Below are positions 20,048 through 30,725 of a stretch of DNA of 64,000 nucleotides, in pieces. The translations under genes were made by a program, and so were the position numbers. The DNA comes from an uncultured Ectothiorhodospiraceae bacterium (GTDB taxonomy: Bacteria; Pseudomonadota; Gammaproteobacteria; UBA9214), in contig CAMYMI010000007.1 in the NCBI GenBank assembly GCA_947259415.1, positions 35,565 through 99,564 on the forward strand, read 5' to 3'. The notes under the pieces are model-generated. The model saw only the letters and a program-made list of their open reading frames with translations, had not been told where the DNA came from and made no database searches. Position 1 is the stretch's first letter, and each line of letters starts with the position of its first letter.

Positions 20048-20509
20048 TCAGGCCGCGTTCTGCTCTTTATCGCTGATTTCACGGATCAGCGGATAGAGCC
20101 TCTCGGTCTCGTCCAGGATCCTCTCCAGGATCAGATGGAACATCATATCGGTATCGCTGAGGAAGTCTTCATGTGAGGAAATTACCAGTTCAGCCCTCTT
20201 TTCAGTTCTGTTATGCGTAGGACACCAGTGCCTGGTGTATTCTGACGTGATCCGCTTGATCTGCTGCGAACCCGACATGAAATTCCTGACCAGTTTCTGG
20301 ATCTCATGGTCATCGTGCGTCAGCAGCTTGCTGATCAGGTTCTTGTCGACCAGGTCGATGTGCTCCTTGACCTTGTCCATGTAGCGGTGGAAAAGCTCAC
20401 AGCAGGCCCCGGTGTCGCACATGGAGCGATCCTTGAGCAGGTATAACAGGATGTTGGAGAGTTCGGTAATTTCGTGATTCTGGGAATGCAATTCTTCGTA
20501 GGTAATCAT
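20048..20509 (-). CDS. Hemerythrin/HHE-like helical protein
   Basis: LH.QNHEI...H...ERI..E.E.LYP pattern; good RBS, own promoter and terminator. Confidence 0.6.
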   Translation of the reverse strand: MITYEELHSQNHEITELSNILLYLLKDRSMCDTGACCELFHRYMDKVKEHIDLVDKNLISKLLTHDDHEIQKLVRNFMSGSQQIKRITSEYTRHWCPTHNRTEKRAELVISSHEDFLSDTDMMFHLILERILDETERLYPLIREISDKEQNAA

Positions 20510-20570
20510 GATGCTCCCTGTTCTAATCTGAGTTAGATTGCGTTTATTTCACTGTATATATATCTGGTTC

Positions 20571-20599
20571 AGGCTAGGACGAAAAGACGGGCCTGTCAA
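20571..20599 (-). promoter_or_regulatory. Sigma70 promoter of the hemerythrin-like gene
   Basis: TTGACA-N17-TAGCCT on the minus strand. Confidence 0.65.
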
Positions 20600-20910
20600 T
20601 GAATCGAATTATTTAAGCAAATACTAAAATACCAATAATAACACGGCCCTACTACTCGCAGTCAGGAATCTGGGATCCATTATCAAGTCCGTAAACCTCG
20701 TAGAACACCCTATCGCAGTCGCTGTCACGGAAGACATGGTTAAGCATCGGTTATTCCCGCACCAACAGACGCCCATGCAGCGCCTGGCTGCGTAAGCCAG
20801 GAGCGTCCGGTCCGGAAAGACCCCGCGTTACAGCGGATTGCACAGCAGTATAATCAAGATACCCACAGGCTGATCGGGGTGTCAGCTGTTCCTGCTACCG
20901 GAGATTGCCA

Positions 20911-21648
20911 ATGAAGGATCCAGCCGCAGTGTCACGCGGCGAAGCGGACGCGGTCTTTCACGTGCGCGGCCTCACCAAGGTCTACCACATGGGCGAGGTC
21001 GACGTGCATGCACTGCGCGGTGTGGACCTGGACCTGTATGGCGGCGAACTGGTGGTGCTGCTGGGTCCGTCCGGTAGCGGCAAGTCCACCCTGCTCAACA
21101 TTCTCGGCGGGCTGGACACCGCCACCCAGGGCGAGGTGCGCTACTGCGACCACGACCTCACCCATGCCGGTGAGGCCGAGCTCACCGAGTACCGCCGCGA
21201 CCATGTCGGCTTCGTTTTCCAGTTCTATAACCTGATCCCCAGCCTGACCGCGCGCGAGAATGTCGCCGCCGTCACCGAGATCGTTGAGCACCCCATGAAG
21301 CCCGAGGACGCATTGAGGCTGGTGCACCTGGACGACCGCATGGATCACTTTCCCGCCCAGATGTCCGGCGGTGAGCAGCAGCGCGTCGCCATCGCCCGCG
21401 CCATCGCCAAGAACCCGGCGGTGTTGCTGTGTGACGAGCCCACCGGGGCGCTGGACTCGCAGACCGGCGTGGTGGTCCTGGAGGCCCTGGAGCGCGCCAA
21501 CCACGAACTGGGCACCACCACCGTGTTGATCACACACAATGCCGGCATCGCCGACATGGCCGACCGGGTAGTGCACATCACCGACGGACACATCGGTTCG
21601 ATCGAGCACAATTCGGAGCGAAAACCGGCCAGTGAACTTAGTTGGTAG
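20911..21648 (+). CDS. ABC transporter ATP-binding protein (MacB/LolD-like)
   Basis: [44 protein letters not shown]. Confidence 0.95.
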   Translation: MKDPAAVSRGEADAVFHVRGLTKVYHMGEVDVHALRGVDLDLYGGELVVLLGPSGSGKSTLLNILGGLDTATQGEVRYCDHDLTHAGEAELTEYRRDHVGFVFQFYNLIPSLTARENVAAVTEIVEHPMKPEDALRLVHLDDRMDHFPAQMSGGEQQRVAIARAIAKNPAVLLCDEPTGALDSQTGVVVLEALERANHELGTTTVLITHNAGIADMADRVVHITDGHIGSIEHNSERKPASELSW

Positions 21649-21654
21649 CAACGC

Positions 21655-24018
21655 GTGCGCGCCCTGAATAAAAAACTCTGGCGCGACCTCTGGGGCATGC
21701 GCGCCATGGTGCTGGCCATCGCCCTGGTGCAGGTCGGCGGTATCGGCACCTTCGTGATGTCACTGACTACCTATGACTCGCTGGTACTGACGCGTGACAA
21801 CTACTACCGGGAACAGCGTTTCGCCGAGGTCTTCGCCTCCCTGAAGCGGGCACCGAACAGCGTGACTGAACGCATCCGCGACATCCCCGGTGTCGAGCTG
21901 GTCCAGACCCGTGTGGTGGCACCGGTACGCCTGACCGTGACCGGCTTCAGCGATCCGGTTACGGGCACCCTGGTGTCGATCCCGGATACCCACCCGCCCC
22001 TGCTCAACGCACTGCACCTGCGTCGTGGCCGGATGCCCGAGGCCGGACGCGCTGACGAGGTAGTGATCAACGAGACCTTTGCCGATGCCCATGCGCTGGA
22101 GCCCGGTGATCAACTCACCGCGACCATCAATGGCCGGCGCAAGTCGCTCACTATCGCGGGCATAGCCCTGTCACCCGAGTATATTTACGCGGTGGCTGCC
22201 GGCGCCGTATTCCCTGACTACGAGCGCTACGGAGTGCTGTGGATGGGACGGACGCCACTGGCAGCCGCCTACGACATGGAGGGTGGCTTCAATGATGTCG
22301 CCCTCACGCTGGCATCGGGTGTAATCCCCGAGGAGGTCATCCAGCGACTGGACCTGCTGCTGGCGCGCTACGGCTGCCACGGGGCCTACAAGCGCAAGGA
22401 CCAGATCTCCCACCGCTTCCTGAGCGAGGAACTCCATGGCCTCGAGATCATGGCACTGGTCTTCCCGGTGATCTTCCTCGGCGTGGCGGCCTTCTTGCTG
22501 AACGTGGTTATCAGCAGGCTGATCGACACCCAGCGCGAGCAGATCGCGATCCTCAAGGCCTTCGGCTACAGTAACCGGGATGTCGGCCTGCACTATGCTG
22601 CCCTGGTGCTGCTGATCGTTTTTCTGGGGCTGGCCGGCGGCATCGCCGCGGGCATCTGGATGGGCAGGGGACTCAGTGGTATCTATACGGAGTTCTACAA
22701 TTTCCCGTTCCTGCACTACGTCCTGGAACCCTGGGTAATTGCCCTCGCCGCCCTGGTGAGCGTCGTGGCGGGGCTGGCCGGCACCCTGTACGCGGTGAGT
22801 CGTGCCGTACGCCTGCCCCCCGCCGAGGCCATGCGCCCGGAATCCCCCACCGCCTACCGTCCTACCCTGATCGAGCGGCTCGGTATGCAGCGCTGGTTTT
22901 CCCAACCAACCCGCATGATCGCGCGCCATATCGAGCGGCGCCCGTTCAAGTCGCTGCTGACGGTGGCCGGCATCGCCGCCGCCTGCGGTGTCATTATGGT
23001 GTCCAATTTCCAGGAGGACGCCATCCATTACATGATCGATGTGCAATATGCCATGAGCGAAAGCCAGGACCTGTCGGTGATCTTCACCGAACCGAGTTCC
23101 CATCATGCCCTGTACTCGCTGGCCGGGCTCGAGGGTGTCGAACATGTTGAGGGGGTACGCACGGTTCCGGCACGCCTGCGCTTCGAGCAGCGCAGTTATC
23201 TGGGTTCACTGCAGGGACTGGAACCCGATGGCCAGCTGCGCAGGCTGCTGGATGCACAGCTGCAACAGGTCAACCTGCCGCCCGAGGGTGTATTGCTGAC
23301 GGATTACCTGGCCGAACTGCTTGGTATAAAGCCGGGGGAACTGCTTACCGTGGAGGTCCTCGAAGGCAACCGTGCTGTGTTGCAGATACCGGTGACTGGG
23401 CTGACCAATGAATACCTCGGCGTGTCGGCCTACCTGCAGCGCACTACCCTCAACCGCCTGCTGCGCGAGGACAGCGCGGTCACAGGCGCCTACCTGGCCG
23501 TGGATAATGCCTACCATGACCGGGTCTATACGAATCTGGACGAAATGCCGCGCGTCGCGGGAACCGTGGTGCGCGAGAGCGCCATCAAGAGCTTCTACCG
23601 GACCATGGAAGAGACCATCCTGTTCTTCACCTTCGTCACGGCGCTGCTGGGCGGGGTTATCGCCTTCGGCATGGTCTACAACAGTGCACGAATCGCTCTC
23701 TCGGAGCGGGACCGTGAACTGGCCAGCCTGCGGGTGCTAGGCTTCACCCAGGGCGAAATCGCCTACATTCTGCTGGGCGAACTGGCGGTACTCACACTGG
23801 CCGCCCTGCCACTGGGGTTCCTGTTCGGACAGGGGCTGTGCGCCTACCTGTCACACGAAATCCGCTCTGACCTGTACCGGGTACCGCTGGTGCTGGAAGT
23901 CGATACCTTTGCCTTCGCCTCCAGCGTGGTACTGGCCTCGTCGGTGGTGTCAGGCCTGATGATGTGGCACAAGCTGAAACGCCTGGACCTGATCGGCGTG
24001 CTCAAGACACGGGAATAG
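21655..24018 (+). CDS. ABC transporter permease, duplicated FtsX/MacB-type
   Basis: Two repeats of periplasmic domain + TM + [10 protein letters not shown] / [10 protein letters not shown]. Confidence 0.92.
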   Translation: MRALNKKLWRDLWGMRAMVLAIALVQVGGIGTFVMSLTTYDSLVLTRDNYYREQRFAEVFASLKRAPNSVTERIRDIPGVELVQTRVVAPVRLTVTGFSDPVTGTLVSIPDTHPPLLNALHLRRGRMPEAGRADEVVINETFADAHALEPGDQLTATINGRRKSLTIAGIALSPEYIYAVAAGAVFPDYERYGVLWMGRTPLAAAYDMEGGFNDVALTLASGVIPEEVIQRLDLLLARYGCHGAYKRKDQISHRFLSEELHGLEIMALVFPVIFLGVAAFLLNVVISRLIDTQREQIAILKAFGYSNRDVGLHYAALVLLIVFLGLAGGIAAGIWMGRGLSGIYTEFYNFPFLHYVLEPWVIALAALVSVVAGLAGTLYAVSRAVRLPPAEAMRPESPTAYRPTLIERLGMQRWFSQPTRMIARHIERRPFKSLLTVAGIAAACGVIMVSNFQEDAIHYMIDVQYAMSESQDLSVIFTEPSSHHALYSLAGLEGVEHVEGVRTVPARLRFEQRSYLGSLQGLEPDGQLRRLLDAQLQQVNLPPEGVLLTDYLAELLGIKPGELLTVEVLEGNRAVLQIPVTGLTNEYLGVSAYLQRTTLNRLLREDSAVTGAYLAVDNAYHDRVYTNLDEMPRVAGTVVRESAIKSFYRTMEETILFFTFVTALLGGVIAFGMVYNSARIALSERDRELASLRVLGFTQGEIAYILLGELAVLTLAALPLGFLFGQGLCAYLSHEIRSDLYRVPLVLEVDTFAFASSVVLASSVVSGLMMWHKLKRLDLIGVLKTRE

Positions 24019-24092
24019 ACCGTGGAGAATTTATTCAGTTAAACTGGAACTTATAAAGAAAACATGAACTGCCTTATCAGGAAAAAATCGCT

Positions 24093-25298
24093 ATGAGCCG
24101 GTCAAGGAACCTGGGCCTGAGTATTACTGCAATCGCTGTTCTGGCCGCACTGGCTTGGGGTTTCCGGCCGCGTCCGGTGCCGGTGGAAGCGGGTGCATTG
24201 GAACGTGGCCCGTTGTCCGTGGTAGTCGAGGAGGAAGGCCACACCCGCGTGAAGGACCGTTACGTGATCTCCGCACCGGTGGCCGGCTACCTGCAGCGTA
24301 TCGAACTGGACGTCGGGGACAGCGTGACCCAGGGACAGACCCTGGCGCTGCTGGAACCACTGCGCCCCGAGGTACTGGACCCGCGCAGCCAGGCCCGCGC
24401 CGAGGCCCAGGTCGCCGCGGCCGAGGCGGCGCTCAAGGGCGCCGAGGAGACAGTCACCGCCGCACGCGCCGAGGCCAGGTATGCCCGCGCCGAATATACA
24501 CGTAAAAAGAAGCTGCGTGCGGATGCCCTGATCTCGCAGGAGGCGCTGGACCAGGCTGACACCCGTAACCGCCAGGCCAGTGCCGCACTGCGTTCGGCCG
24601 AATTTTCCGTGGATGTCGCGCGCTTCGAGCTGGAGGCGGCGCGCACCTCCCTGAGCTACTCACTGGCCGAAAACGGGGAGACGTCACTGCCAGTGGTCAA
24701 GCTGAAGGCGCCTGCCGCCAGCCGGGTGCTGCGAGTCGATCACGAAAGCGAGGGTGTCGTCAACACAGCACAGCCCCTGCTCGAGATCGGCGATCCCTCC
24801 GCCCTGGAGATCGCGGTGGATGTCTTGTCGGCCGATGCCGTGCGGATACGACCCGGGAGCCGGGTGGAATTTCATCGCTGGGGCGGTGAACAGCTCCTGG
24901 AAGGCGTGGTACGGACGGTCGAACCCGTTGGCTTCACCAAGATCTCCGCACTCGGTGTCGAGGAGCAACGGGTCTGGGTGATCGCTGACCTGACCTCGCC
25001 GCGGGAAGCGTGGCTGACGCTGGGTGACGGTTACCGGGTCGAGGCGCACTTCATCCTCTGGGAGGCCGAGGATGTCCTGAAACTCCCCGCCAATGCCCTG
25101 TTCCGGCATGCCGGCGGCTGGGCGGTCTTCAGCGTTGAGAACGGGCGTGCCCAGCTTCGTGAAATCGAAACCGGGCAGCGCACGGGGCTTGTTGCCGAGG
25201 TCCTCGCGGGACTCGACGCAGGGGCCCGGGTCATCCTGCACCCCGATGATCGTATCAAGGACGGGGTGCGGGTCGAGGTGCAGCAGACGGGCCAGTGA
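24093..25298 (+). CDS. HlyD/RND periplasmic adaptor subunit
   Basis: N-terminal TM, ISAPVAG, coiled-coil hairpin, TKISALGVEEQRV. Confidence 0.92.
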   Translation: MSRSRNLGLSITAIAVLAALAWGFRPRPVPVEAGALERGPLSVVVEEEGHTRVKDRYVISAPVAGYLQRIELDVGDSVTQGQTLALLEPLRPEVLDPRSQARAEAQVAAAEAALKGAEETVTAARAEARYARAEYTRKKKLRADALISQEALDQADTRNRQASAALRSAEFSVDVARFELEAARTSLSYSLAENGETSLPVVKLKAPAASRVLRVDHESEGVVNTAQPLLEIGDPSALEIAVDVLSADAVRIRPGSRVEFHRWGGEQLLEGVVRTVEPVGFTKISALGVEEQRVWVIADLTSPREAWLTLGDGYRVEAHFILWEAEDVLKLPANALFRHAGGWAVFSVENGRAQLREIETGQRTGLVAEVLAGLDAGARVILHPDDRIKDGVRVEVQQTGQ

Positions 25299-25325
25299 AC
25301 CACACCCTGCTTATAAAACATAAAG

Positions 25326-25339
25326 TTGACACCGATCAA
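25326..25339 (+). promoter_or_regulatory. FNR/CRP-FNR family box upstream of hpf
   Basis: TTGAC-ACCG-ATCAA; TATCCT -10 element 21 nt downstream. Confidence 0.75.
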
Positions 25340-25394
25340 TACATTCCAGCCAGAACCGGCTATCCTTATTTATGTAGAAGAGAGAGGATAAAAT

Positions 25395-25772
25395 ATGCAA
25401 ACACCCTTACAGATCATGTTCCATAACATGGAGCCGTCTGACGCCGTAGAAGCTAATATCAAAGAAAAGGCGGCCAAACTCGAACGATTCAGCGACAAGA
25501 TCACCAGCTGCCGGGTCACGGTAGAAGCACCACACAAACACCATCACAAGGGCAACATCTATCACATTGGCCTGGATATTACCGTGCCTGACGCGGAGAT
25601 CGTGGTTAGCCGCATCCCGCATGATAATCATGCCCATGAGGACATCTATGTGGCGATACGTGACGCCTTCAAGAGTGCCCGTCGCCAGCTGGAGGACTAC
25701 GAGCTGAAGCGCCGCGGGAAAACCAAGCATCACCAGATCTACGAGCCGGTCCCCGGCCAGGTCGCTGAGTAA
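25395..25772 (+). CDS. HPF/RaiA (S30EA) ribosome-associated protein
   Basis: MQTPLQI.F.NME.SDAVEA.I..K..KLE, HED.YVAIRDAF..ARRQL. Confidence 0.88.
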   Translation: MQTPLQIMFHNMEPSDAVEANIKEKAAKLERFSDKITSCRVTVEAPHKHHHKGNIYHIGLDITVPDAEIVVSRIPHDNHAHEDIYVAIRDAFKSARRQLEDYELKRRGKTKHHQIYEPVPGQVAE

Positions 25773-25780
25773 TCAGTAAC

Positions 25781-25809
25781 CACGGGGTGGCGTTTAACGC
25801 CACCCCGTG
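25781..25809. repeat. Perfect 14-bp inverted repeat between hpf and archease
   Basis: CACGGGGTGGCGTT-T-AACGCCACCCCGTG; no U tract on either side. Confidence 0.8.
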
Positions 25810-25826
25810 CAGTCAATCACCTTCCC

Positions 25827-26237
25827 ATGTGGAGGCACTTCCACCACGAGGCCGATATCGGGATTGTTGGCCTGGGTGCTACCCTGGAGCAGGCCTTTGA
25901 GCAAGCCGCCGTTGCCCTGACAGCGGTGATCACCGATCCGGAATCCGTTATCTGCCGCGAGACCGTGGTGCTGGACTGCGAGGCGCCTGATACGGAACTG
26001 CTGCTGGTCGACTGGCTCAATGCACTCGTCTACGAAATGGCCACGCGCCGCATGCTGTTCCGGCGCTTCAACGTTGAACTCAACAACCACAGCCTGCACG
26101 GTACCGCCTGCGGTGAAGCCGTGGATATCCGGCGCCACCAGCCTGCTGCCGAGATCAAGGGCGCCACCTATACGGCACTTAACATCCATGCGGACGCCGG
26201 TGGCATCTGGCATGCTCAATGTGTGGTTGATGTCTAG
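25827..26237 (+). CDS. Archease
   Basis: [26 protein letters not shown]-terminal VVDV; upstream of rtcB. Confidence 0.92.
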   Translation: MWRHFHHEADIGIVGLGATLEQAFEQAAVALTAVITDPESVICRETVVLDCEAPDTELLLVDWLNALVYEMATRRMLFRRFNVELNNHSLHGTACGEAVDIRRHQPAAEIKGATYTALNIHADAGGIWHAQCVVDV

Positions 26238-26373
26238 CCCGAAAAGGGGGTAGCGCCACTGCTGTCCCATTTATTTCAATTGAATCCAGCGCAAGCACCT
26301 CAGCATACTCTCTAAAAGTTGAAATAATAATGGATCAGAGACATGAATGCTGTCCATGACGTTCGGGTAAGAT

Positions 26374-26596
26374 CCCCTCTCCCATGAGTGGGAGTGAGGC
26401 AGGGAGAGGGTTGATAAATCATGCTGTTAAGAAACTTCGTTTCTCACCCCTCATCCTCGGTAACTGCTCCCTGCGTCGCCTAGAGCGCCTACTGTTGGTG
26501 CTCTACCTCCTGCATGGCCCAGGCCAGCCTCTCGACCGGTTCCCGGTCTCACCTTCTCCCTGCAGTCGTAACCTTCTCCCCTTGAAGGGGAGAAGG
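26374..26596. repeat. Inverted pair of CCCTCTCCC/GGGAGAAGG REP-like hairpins with nested insertions
   Basis: CCCCTCTCCCATGAGTGGGAG...AGGGAGAGGG (26374-26410) and CCCCTCATCCT[insert]AACCTTCTCCCCTTGAAGGGGAGAAGG (26447-26596); CTCGG...GTCGT copy 2 at 26456-26569. Confidence 0.75.
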
Positions 26597-26753
26597 AATT
26601 AACGATACAGCAGTGTGTCAGCACCATTTTCTTGTTTCGATATGGATGCTGCGAGCGAGGCACGAGAAAAGGGCATCGATACCTTTATTCGATGTGCGGG
26701 CTAAACTTAGAACAGGACATGTTTAATTCTGCAGCTATGCGCGGGCACCACCC

Positions 26754-28184
26754 ATGGACACCGCACAACTGACCCGCACCTCGGATTACGAGTGGCGTAT
26801 CGAACCGCAGGGTGCCATGCAGGTACCGGGGATCATATTTGCCAGCGAGGACCTGGTGAGGGCCATGGACGACAAGGTTCGCGAACAGGTCTGCAACGTG
26901 GCCACCCTGCCCGGCATCGTCAAGGCCTCCTACGCCATGCCGGATGCCCACTGGGGCTATGGCTTTCCCATCGGCGGGGTGGCTGCCTTTGATGCCGACC
27001 AGGGCGGAGTCGTTTCCGCCGGGGGTGTCGGTTTCGATATTTCCTGCGGCGTACGCACCCTGCACACCGGCCTGAAACGGCCTGATATCGACGCGGTCAG
27101 GGAACGTCTGGCTGACGCCCTGTTCCATACCATCCCGGCGGGTGTCGGCAGCACCGGGCGCATCCACCTGGACGAGGCCGGCATGGACGCCATGCTGAAC
27201 GGCGGTGCCCGCTGGGCGGTAAAGCGCGGCTGGGGTTACCGCGAAGACCTGGAGCGTGTCGAGGAACACGGCTGCATGGATGGCGCCCGGGCGGAGAACG
27301 TCTCCGAGCGCGCCCGCAAACGCCAGCGTAACGAAATGGGCACCCTGGGTTCCGGCAACCACTACCTCGAGTTGCAGGAGGTCTGCGAGGTCTTTGATCC
27401 CGAGGCGGCCAGCGTCTTCGGTATCAGCCCGGGCGATGTCGTAGTCAGCATCCATTGCGGCTCGCGCGGACTGGGCCATCAGATCGGGACGGAGTTCCTG
27501 AAATCGATGGTGATCAAGGCACAGCAGTACGGCATCACCCTGCCGGACCGCGAACTCGCCTGTGCCCCGATTGACTCGGATACCGGTCAGGCCTATCTCG
27601 GCGCCATGCGCGCGGCCATCAACTGTGCCCTTGCCAACCGCCAGATAATCACCCACCTCACCCGCGAGGTATTCGAGCGGATCATCCCGGCGGCCACGCT
27701 GGAACTGCTCTACGACGTGTCACATAACACCTGCAAGGTGGAGGAGCATGTCATAGACGGCAACCCGCAACGCCTGTATGTCCATCGCAAGGGTGCGACG
27801 CGCGCCTTCGGACCCGGTCACCCCGATATCCCGGAGGACCTGCGCTCCATAGGCCAGCCAGTGCTGATCGGGGGCTCCATGGGGACCGCCTCGCACATCC
27901 TGGCCGGCACCCGACAGGGCGAGGCCCTGTCGTATTCATCGGCCTGTCATGGCGCCGGTCGTGCCATGAGCCGGCGCCGGGCCTACAAGCTCTGGAAGGG
28001 TCGCCAGCTGGTCGACAGCCTGCAGGAGCAAGGCATTCTGATTCGCAGTCCGTCCTCGCGCGGCGTGGCCGAGGAGGCACCGGGAGCCTACAAGGACGTC
28101 GACGCGGTGGTCGATGCCGCCGACGCGGCGGGCCTGGCGCGCAAGGTGGCGAAGCTGAAGCCACTGGCCTGCATCAAGGGCTAG
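26754..28184 (+). CDS. rtcB: RNA 3'-phosphate/5'-OH ligase RtcB
   Basis: MPDAHWGYGFPIGGV, GVGFDISCG, GSGNHYLE, HCGSRG, SHN, HRKGAT, SACHGAGR, EEAPGAYK. Confidence 0.96.
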   Translation: MDTAQLTRTSDYEWRIEPQGAMQVPGIIFASEDLVRAMDDKVREQVCNVATLPGIVKASYAMPDAHWGYGFPIGGVAAFDADQGGVVSAGGVGFDISCGVRTLHTGLKRPDIDAVRERLADALFHTIPAGVGSTGRIHLDEAGMDAMLNGGARWAVKRGWGYREDLERVEEHGCMDGARAENVSERARKRQRNEMGTLGSGNHYLELQEVCEVFDPEAASVFGISPGDVVVSIHCGSRGLGHQIGTEFLKSMVIKAQQYGITLPDRELACAPIDSDTGQAYLGAMRAAINCALANRQIITHLTREVFERIIPAATLELLYDVSHNTCKVEEHVIDGNPQRLYVHRKGATRAFGPGHPDIPEDLRSIGQPVLIGGSMGTASHILAGTRQGEALSYSSACHGAGRAMSRRRAYKLWKGRQLVDSLQEQGILIRSPSSRGVAEEAPGAYKDVDAVVDAADAAGLARKVAKLKPLACIKG

Positions 28185-28188
28185 GCCG

Positions 28189-28989
28189 ATGCCAGCACAG
28201 CGCGGGCAGCTGTATATCGGGACTTCCGGCTGGTCCTATGACCACTGGAAAGGCCGCTACTACCCCAACGACCTGGCCAGCAGCGGGTGGTTGGGCTATT
28301 ACGCCCGGGAGTTCAACAGCGTCGAGATCAACAGCTCCTTCTATCGTCTGCCCACTGCTTCCACGTTGCAGCACTGGCAGGACGCCACGCCCGCCGACTT
28401 TGTATTTACCGCCAAGGCGAGCCGATACATCACACACATGAAGAAACTGAAAGGGTCGCGGCAAACCCTGCCCCCCTTCCTCGAACGAATCAGTCTTCTC
28501 GGCGACAGGCTGGGCCCCATCCTGTTTCAGCTGCCGCCACACTGGCGCTTCAATGCTGAACGCCTCGCCGCTCTGCTTGATGACCTAGGCGGCGCCTGCC
28601 GTTGCGCCTTCGAATTCCGTGACCACAGCTGGTTCAATGAACAGTGTTATGAACTCCTGTCACGGCACGGCGCCGCGCTGTGTCTCTATGAACTGGAGGG
28701 CTTTCTCAGCCCGCAGGAAATGACTGCCGATTTCGTCTATGTGCGTCTGCATGGGCCTGGGGCGGCCTACCAGGGCAGTTATGGCGACAAGGCACTGGTC
28801 GCTTGGGCGGAGGCCTGCACCCGCTGGACGACCAGTGGGCGCGAGGTTTACATTTATTTTGACAACGACGAATACGCGTATGCGGTACAAAATGCCGCAA
28901 GCCTGCAGGCCATGATTCAGGAGCCCTGCCATGCCGGTTCACAATGCCGAGATCGCCGAACTGTTCAATCGACTCGCCGACCTGCTTGA
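28189..28989 (+). CDS. DUF72 (YecE-like) TIM-barrel protein
   Basis: IGTSGWSY.HW, VEINSSFYRLP, KASRYITH, LFQLPP, FEFRD.SW, YVRLHG, YFDND. Confidence 0.92.
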   Translation: MPAQRGQLYIGTSGWSYDHWKGRYYPNDLASSGWLGYYAREFNSVEINSSFYRLPTASTLQHWQDATPADFVFTAKASRYITHMKKLKGSRQTLPPFLERISLLGDRLGPILFQLPPHWRFNAERLAALLDDLGGACRCAFEFRDHSWFNEQCYELLSRHGAALCLYELEGFLSPQEMTADFVYVRLHGPGAAYQGSYGDKALVAWAEACTRWTTSGREVYIYFDNDEYAYAVQNAASLQAMIQEPCHAGSQCRDRRTVQSTRRPA

Positions 28990-30652
28990 GCTTGAGGACG
29001 CCAATCCCTTCCGGGTACGCGCCTACCGAACGGCGGCGCGCAATATCAACGGCCTGTCGCACAGCCTGGTTGACCTGCTGGCTGCTGGCGAGGACCTGTC
29101 GAAACTGTCGGGCATCGGCAAGGACCTGGCGGGGAAGATCCGTACCATCATCGAGACCGGCAAGCTGCCACTGCTGGAACAGGTGCAGGCACGCACCCCC
29201 GCCGAGCTCAGCGACCTGATGAAGATCGACGGACTCGGCCCAAAACGGGTGAAGACACTGCACCAGCAGCTGCATATCAGCAGCTTCGAAGACCTGCAGC
29301 GAGCGGCGCGTAGCGGCAAGATCCGCGCACTGGCGGGCTTCGGCGCAAAGACCGAGGCACTCATCCTGGAACGCCTGACACGTTCCCGGCAAGCAGATAT
29401 CCGCTCCCGCCTGGCAGATGCGGAGGATATCGCCGGCCCGCTGGTCAATTATCTGCTGGACTGCACCGGGGTCAAACAGGTCAATATCGCCGGCAGCTAC
29501 CGGCGCCGCCGCGAGACCGTCGGCGACCTGGATATCCTGGTGACAGCGAAACAGGGCACCCCGGTAACCGACCACTTTGTCGCCTATGACGAGGTGAGCG
29601 AGGTGATTTCACACGGCAAGACCCGGTCCACCGTGCACCTGCGTTCCGGCATGCAGGTCGACCTGCGCGTAGTTGCCCAGGTGAGTTATGGTGCCGCCCT
29701 TCTGTATTTCACCGGATCCAAGGCACACAACATCGCCTTGCGCAAGCTGGCCATCAGGCAGGGATACAAGCTCAACGAGTACGGCCTGTTCAGGGGCGAC
29801 AAGCGCGTTGCAGGACGCACGGAGGCGGCCGTGTATGCAAAACTGGGCCTGTCCTATATCGAGCCTGAACTGCGCGAGCAGCAAGGCGAGATAGAGGCAG
29901 CCCGCAAGGGCACTTTGCCTGAACTTGTCAGCCGCGAGGACATCCGTGGTGACCTGCACTGCCATACCCGGGCCACCGATGGCCACGACAGCCTGGAGGC
30001 CATGGTGGCTGCCGCCCGCAAGCTGGGTTATGAATACCTCGCCATCACGGACCATTCAAAACGGGTCAGCGTCGCCCACGGGCTCGATCACAAGCGCCTG
30101 CTGGAGGAGGCCCGGCGAATCAACAAACTCAACGAACAGCTGGATGATATCGTGGTACTCAAGTCCATCGAGGTCGACATCCTCGAGGACGGCAGCCTGG
30201 ACCTGCCCGACAGCGTACTCGGCCAGCTGGACCTGGTGGTCGGTGCGATCCACTACAAGTTTAATCTCACGCGCAAACAGCAGACCGAGCGCATCATCCG
30301 CGCCATGGACAACCCGCACTTCAATATCCTGGCACACCCCAGTGGACGGCTGCTCAACCAGCGCCCGCCCTACGATATCGATATGGAAAAGATCATGCAG
30401 GCCGCTGTGGAGCGCGGCTGCTTCCTGGAACTGAACGCCCAGCCCGCGCGCCTAGACCTCACCGATGGCGACTGCATGCTGGCCCGCGAGTTGCGACTCA
30501 AGGTGGTGATTTCAACCGATGCACACAGTACCGGCACCCTCGACTATATGCGTTTCGGAATAAGCCAGGCACGGCGCGGCTGGCTGGAACCTGACGACGT
30601 GGTCAACACGTGCGGACTGGATGAATTGAGAAAATTACTCAAACGCAACTGA
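28931..30652 (+). CDS. polX: DNA polymerase X with PHP domain
   Basis: [41 protein letters not shown] motifs DLHCHT, TDHS, AHP, STDAH. Confidence 0.96.
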   Translation: MPVHNAEIAELFNRLADLLELEDANPFRVRAYRTAARNINGLSHSLVDLLAAGEDLSKLSGIGKDLAGKIRTIIETGKLPLLEQVQARTPAELSDLMKIDGLGPKRVKTLHQQLHISSFEDLQRAARSGKIRALAGFGAKTEALILERLTRSRQADIRSRLADAEDIAGPLVNYLLDCTGVKQVNIAGSYRRRRETVGDLDILVTAKQGTPVTDHFVAYDEVSEVISHGKTRSTVHLRSGMQVDLRVVAQVSYGAALLYFTGSKAHNIALRKLAIRQGYKLNEYGLFRGDKRVAGRTEAAVYAKLGLSYIEPELREQQGEIEAARKGTLPELVSREDIRGDLHCHTRATDGHDSLEAMVAAARKLGYEYLAITDHSKRVSVAHGLDHKRLLEEARRINKLNEQLDDIVVLKSIEVDILEDGSLDLPDSVLGQLDLVVGAIHYKFNLTRKQQTERIIRAMDNPHFNILAHPSGRLLNQRPPYDIDMEKIMQAAVERGCFLELNAQPARLDLTDGDCMLARELRLKVVISTDAHSTGTLDYMRFGISQARRGWLEPDDVVNTCGLDELRKLLKRN

Positions 30653-30725
30653 GGAGCGCTTGCCACGACAACATCTGCGCTGCTCAGCAGCGTCACGGAG
30701 AGCGACACAGGGCAGCATTGGCCAG

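Noticed and set aside
19550-20176. Short ORFs overlapping the tRNA and its trailer
   Set aside because: Overlap a bona fide tRNA, terminator or real gene; no motifs
20552-20567. LexA-box-like CTGTATATATATCTGG
   Set aside because: Right half lacks the required CAG
20785-20822. Hairpins with a GGAA-containing loop resembling SRP RNA
   Set aside because: Lacks the long SRP helix and the conserved internal loops
26658-26676. GGCACG as a possible sigma54 promoter for rtcB
   Set aside because: No TTGC at the -12 position
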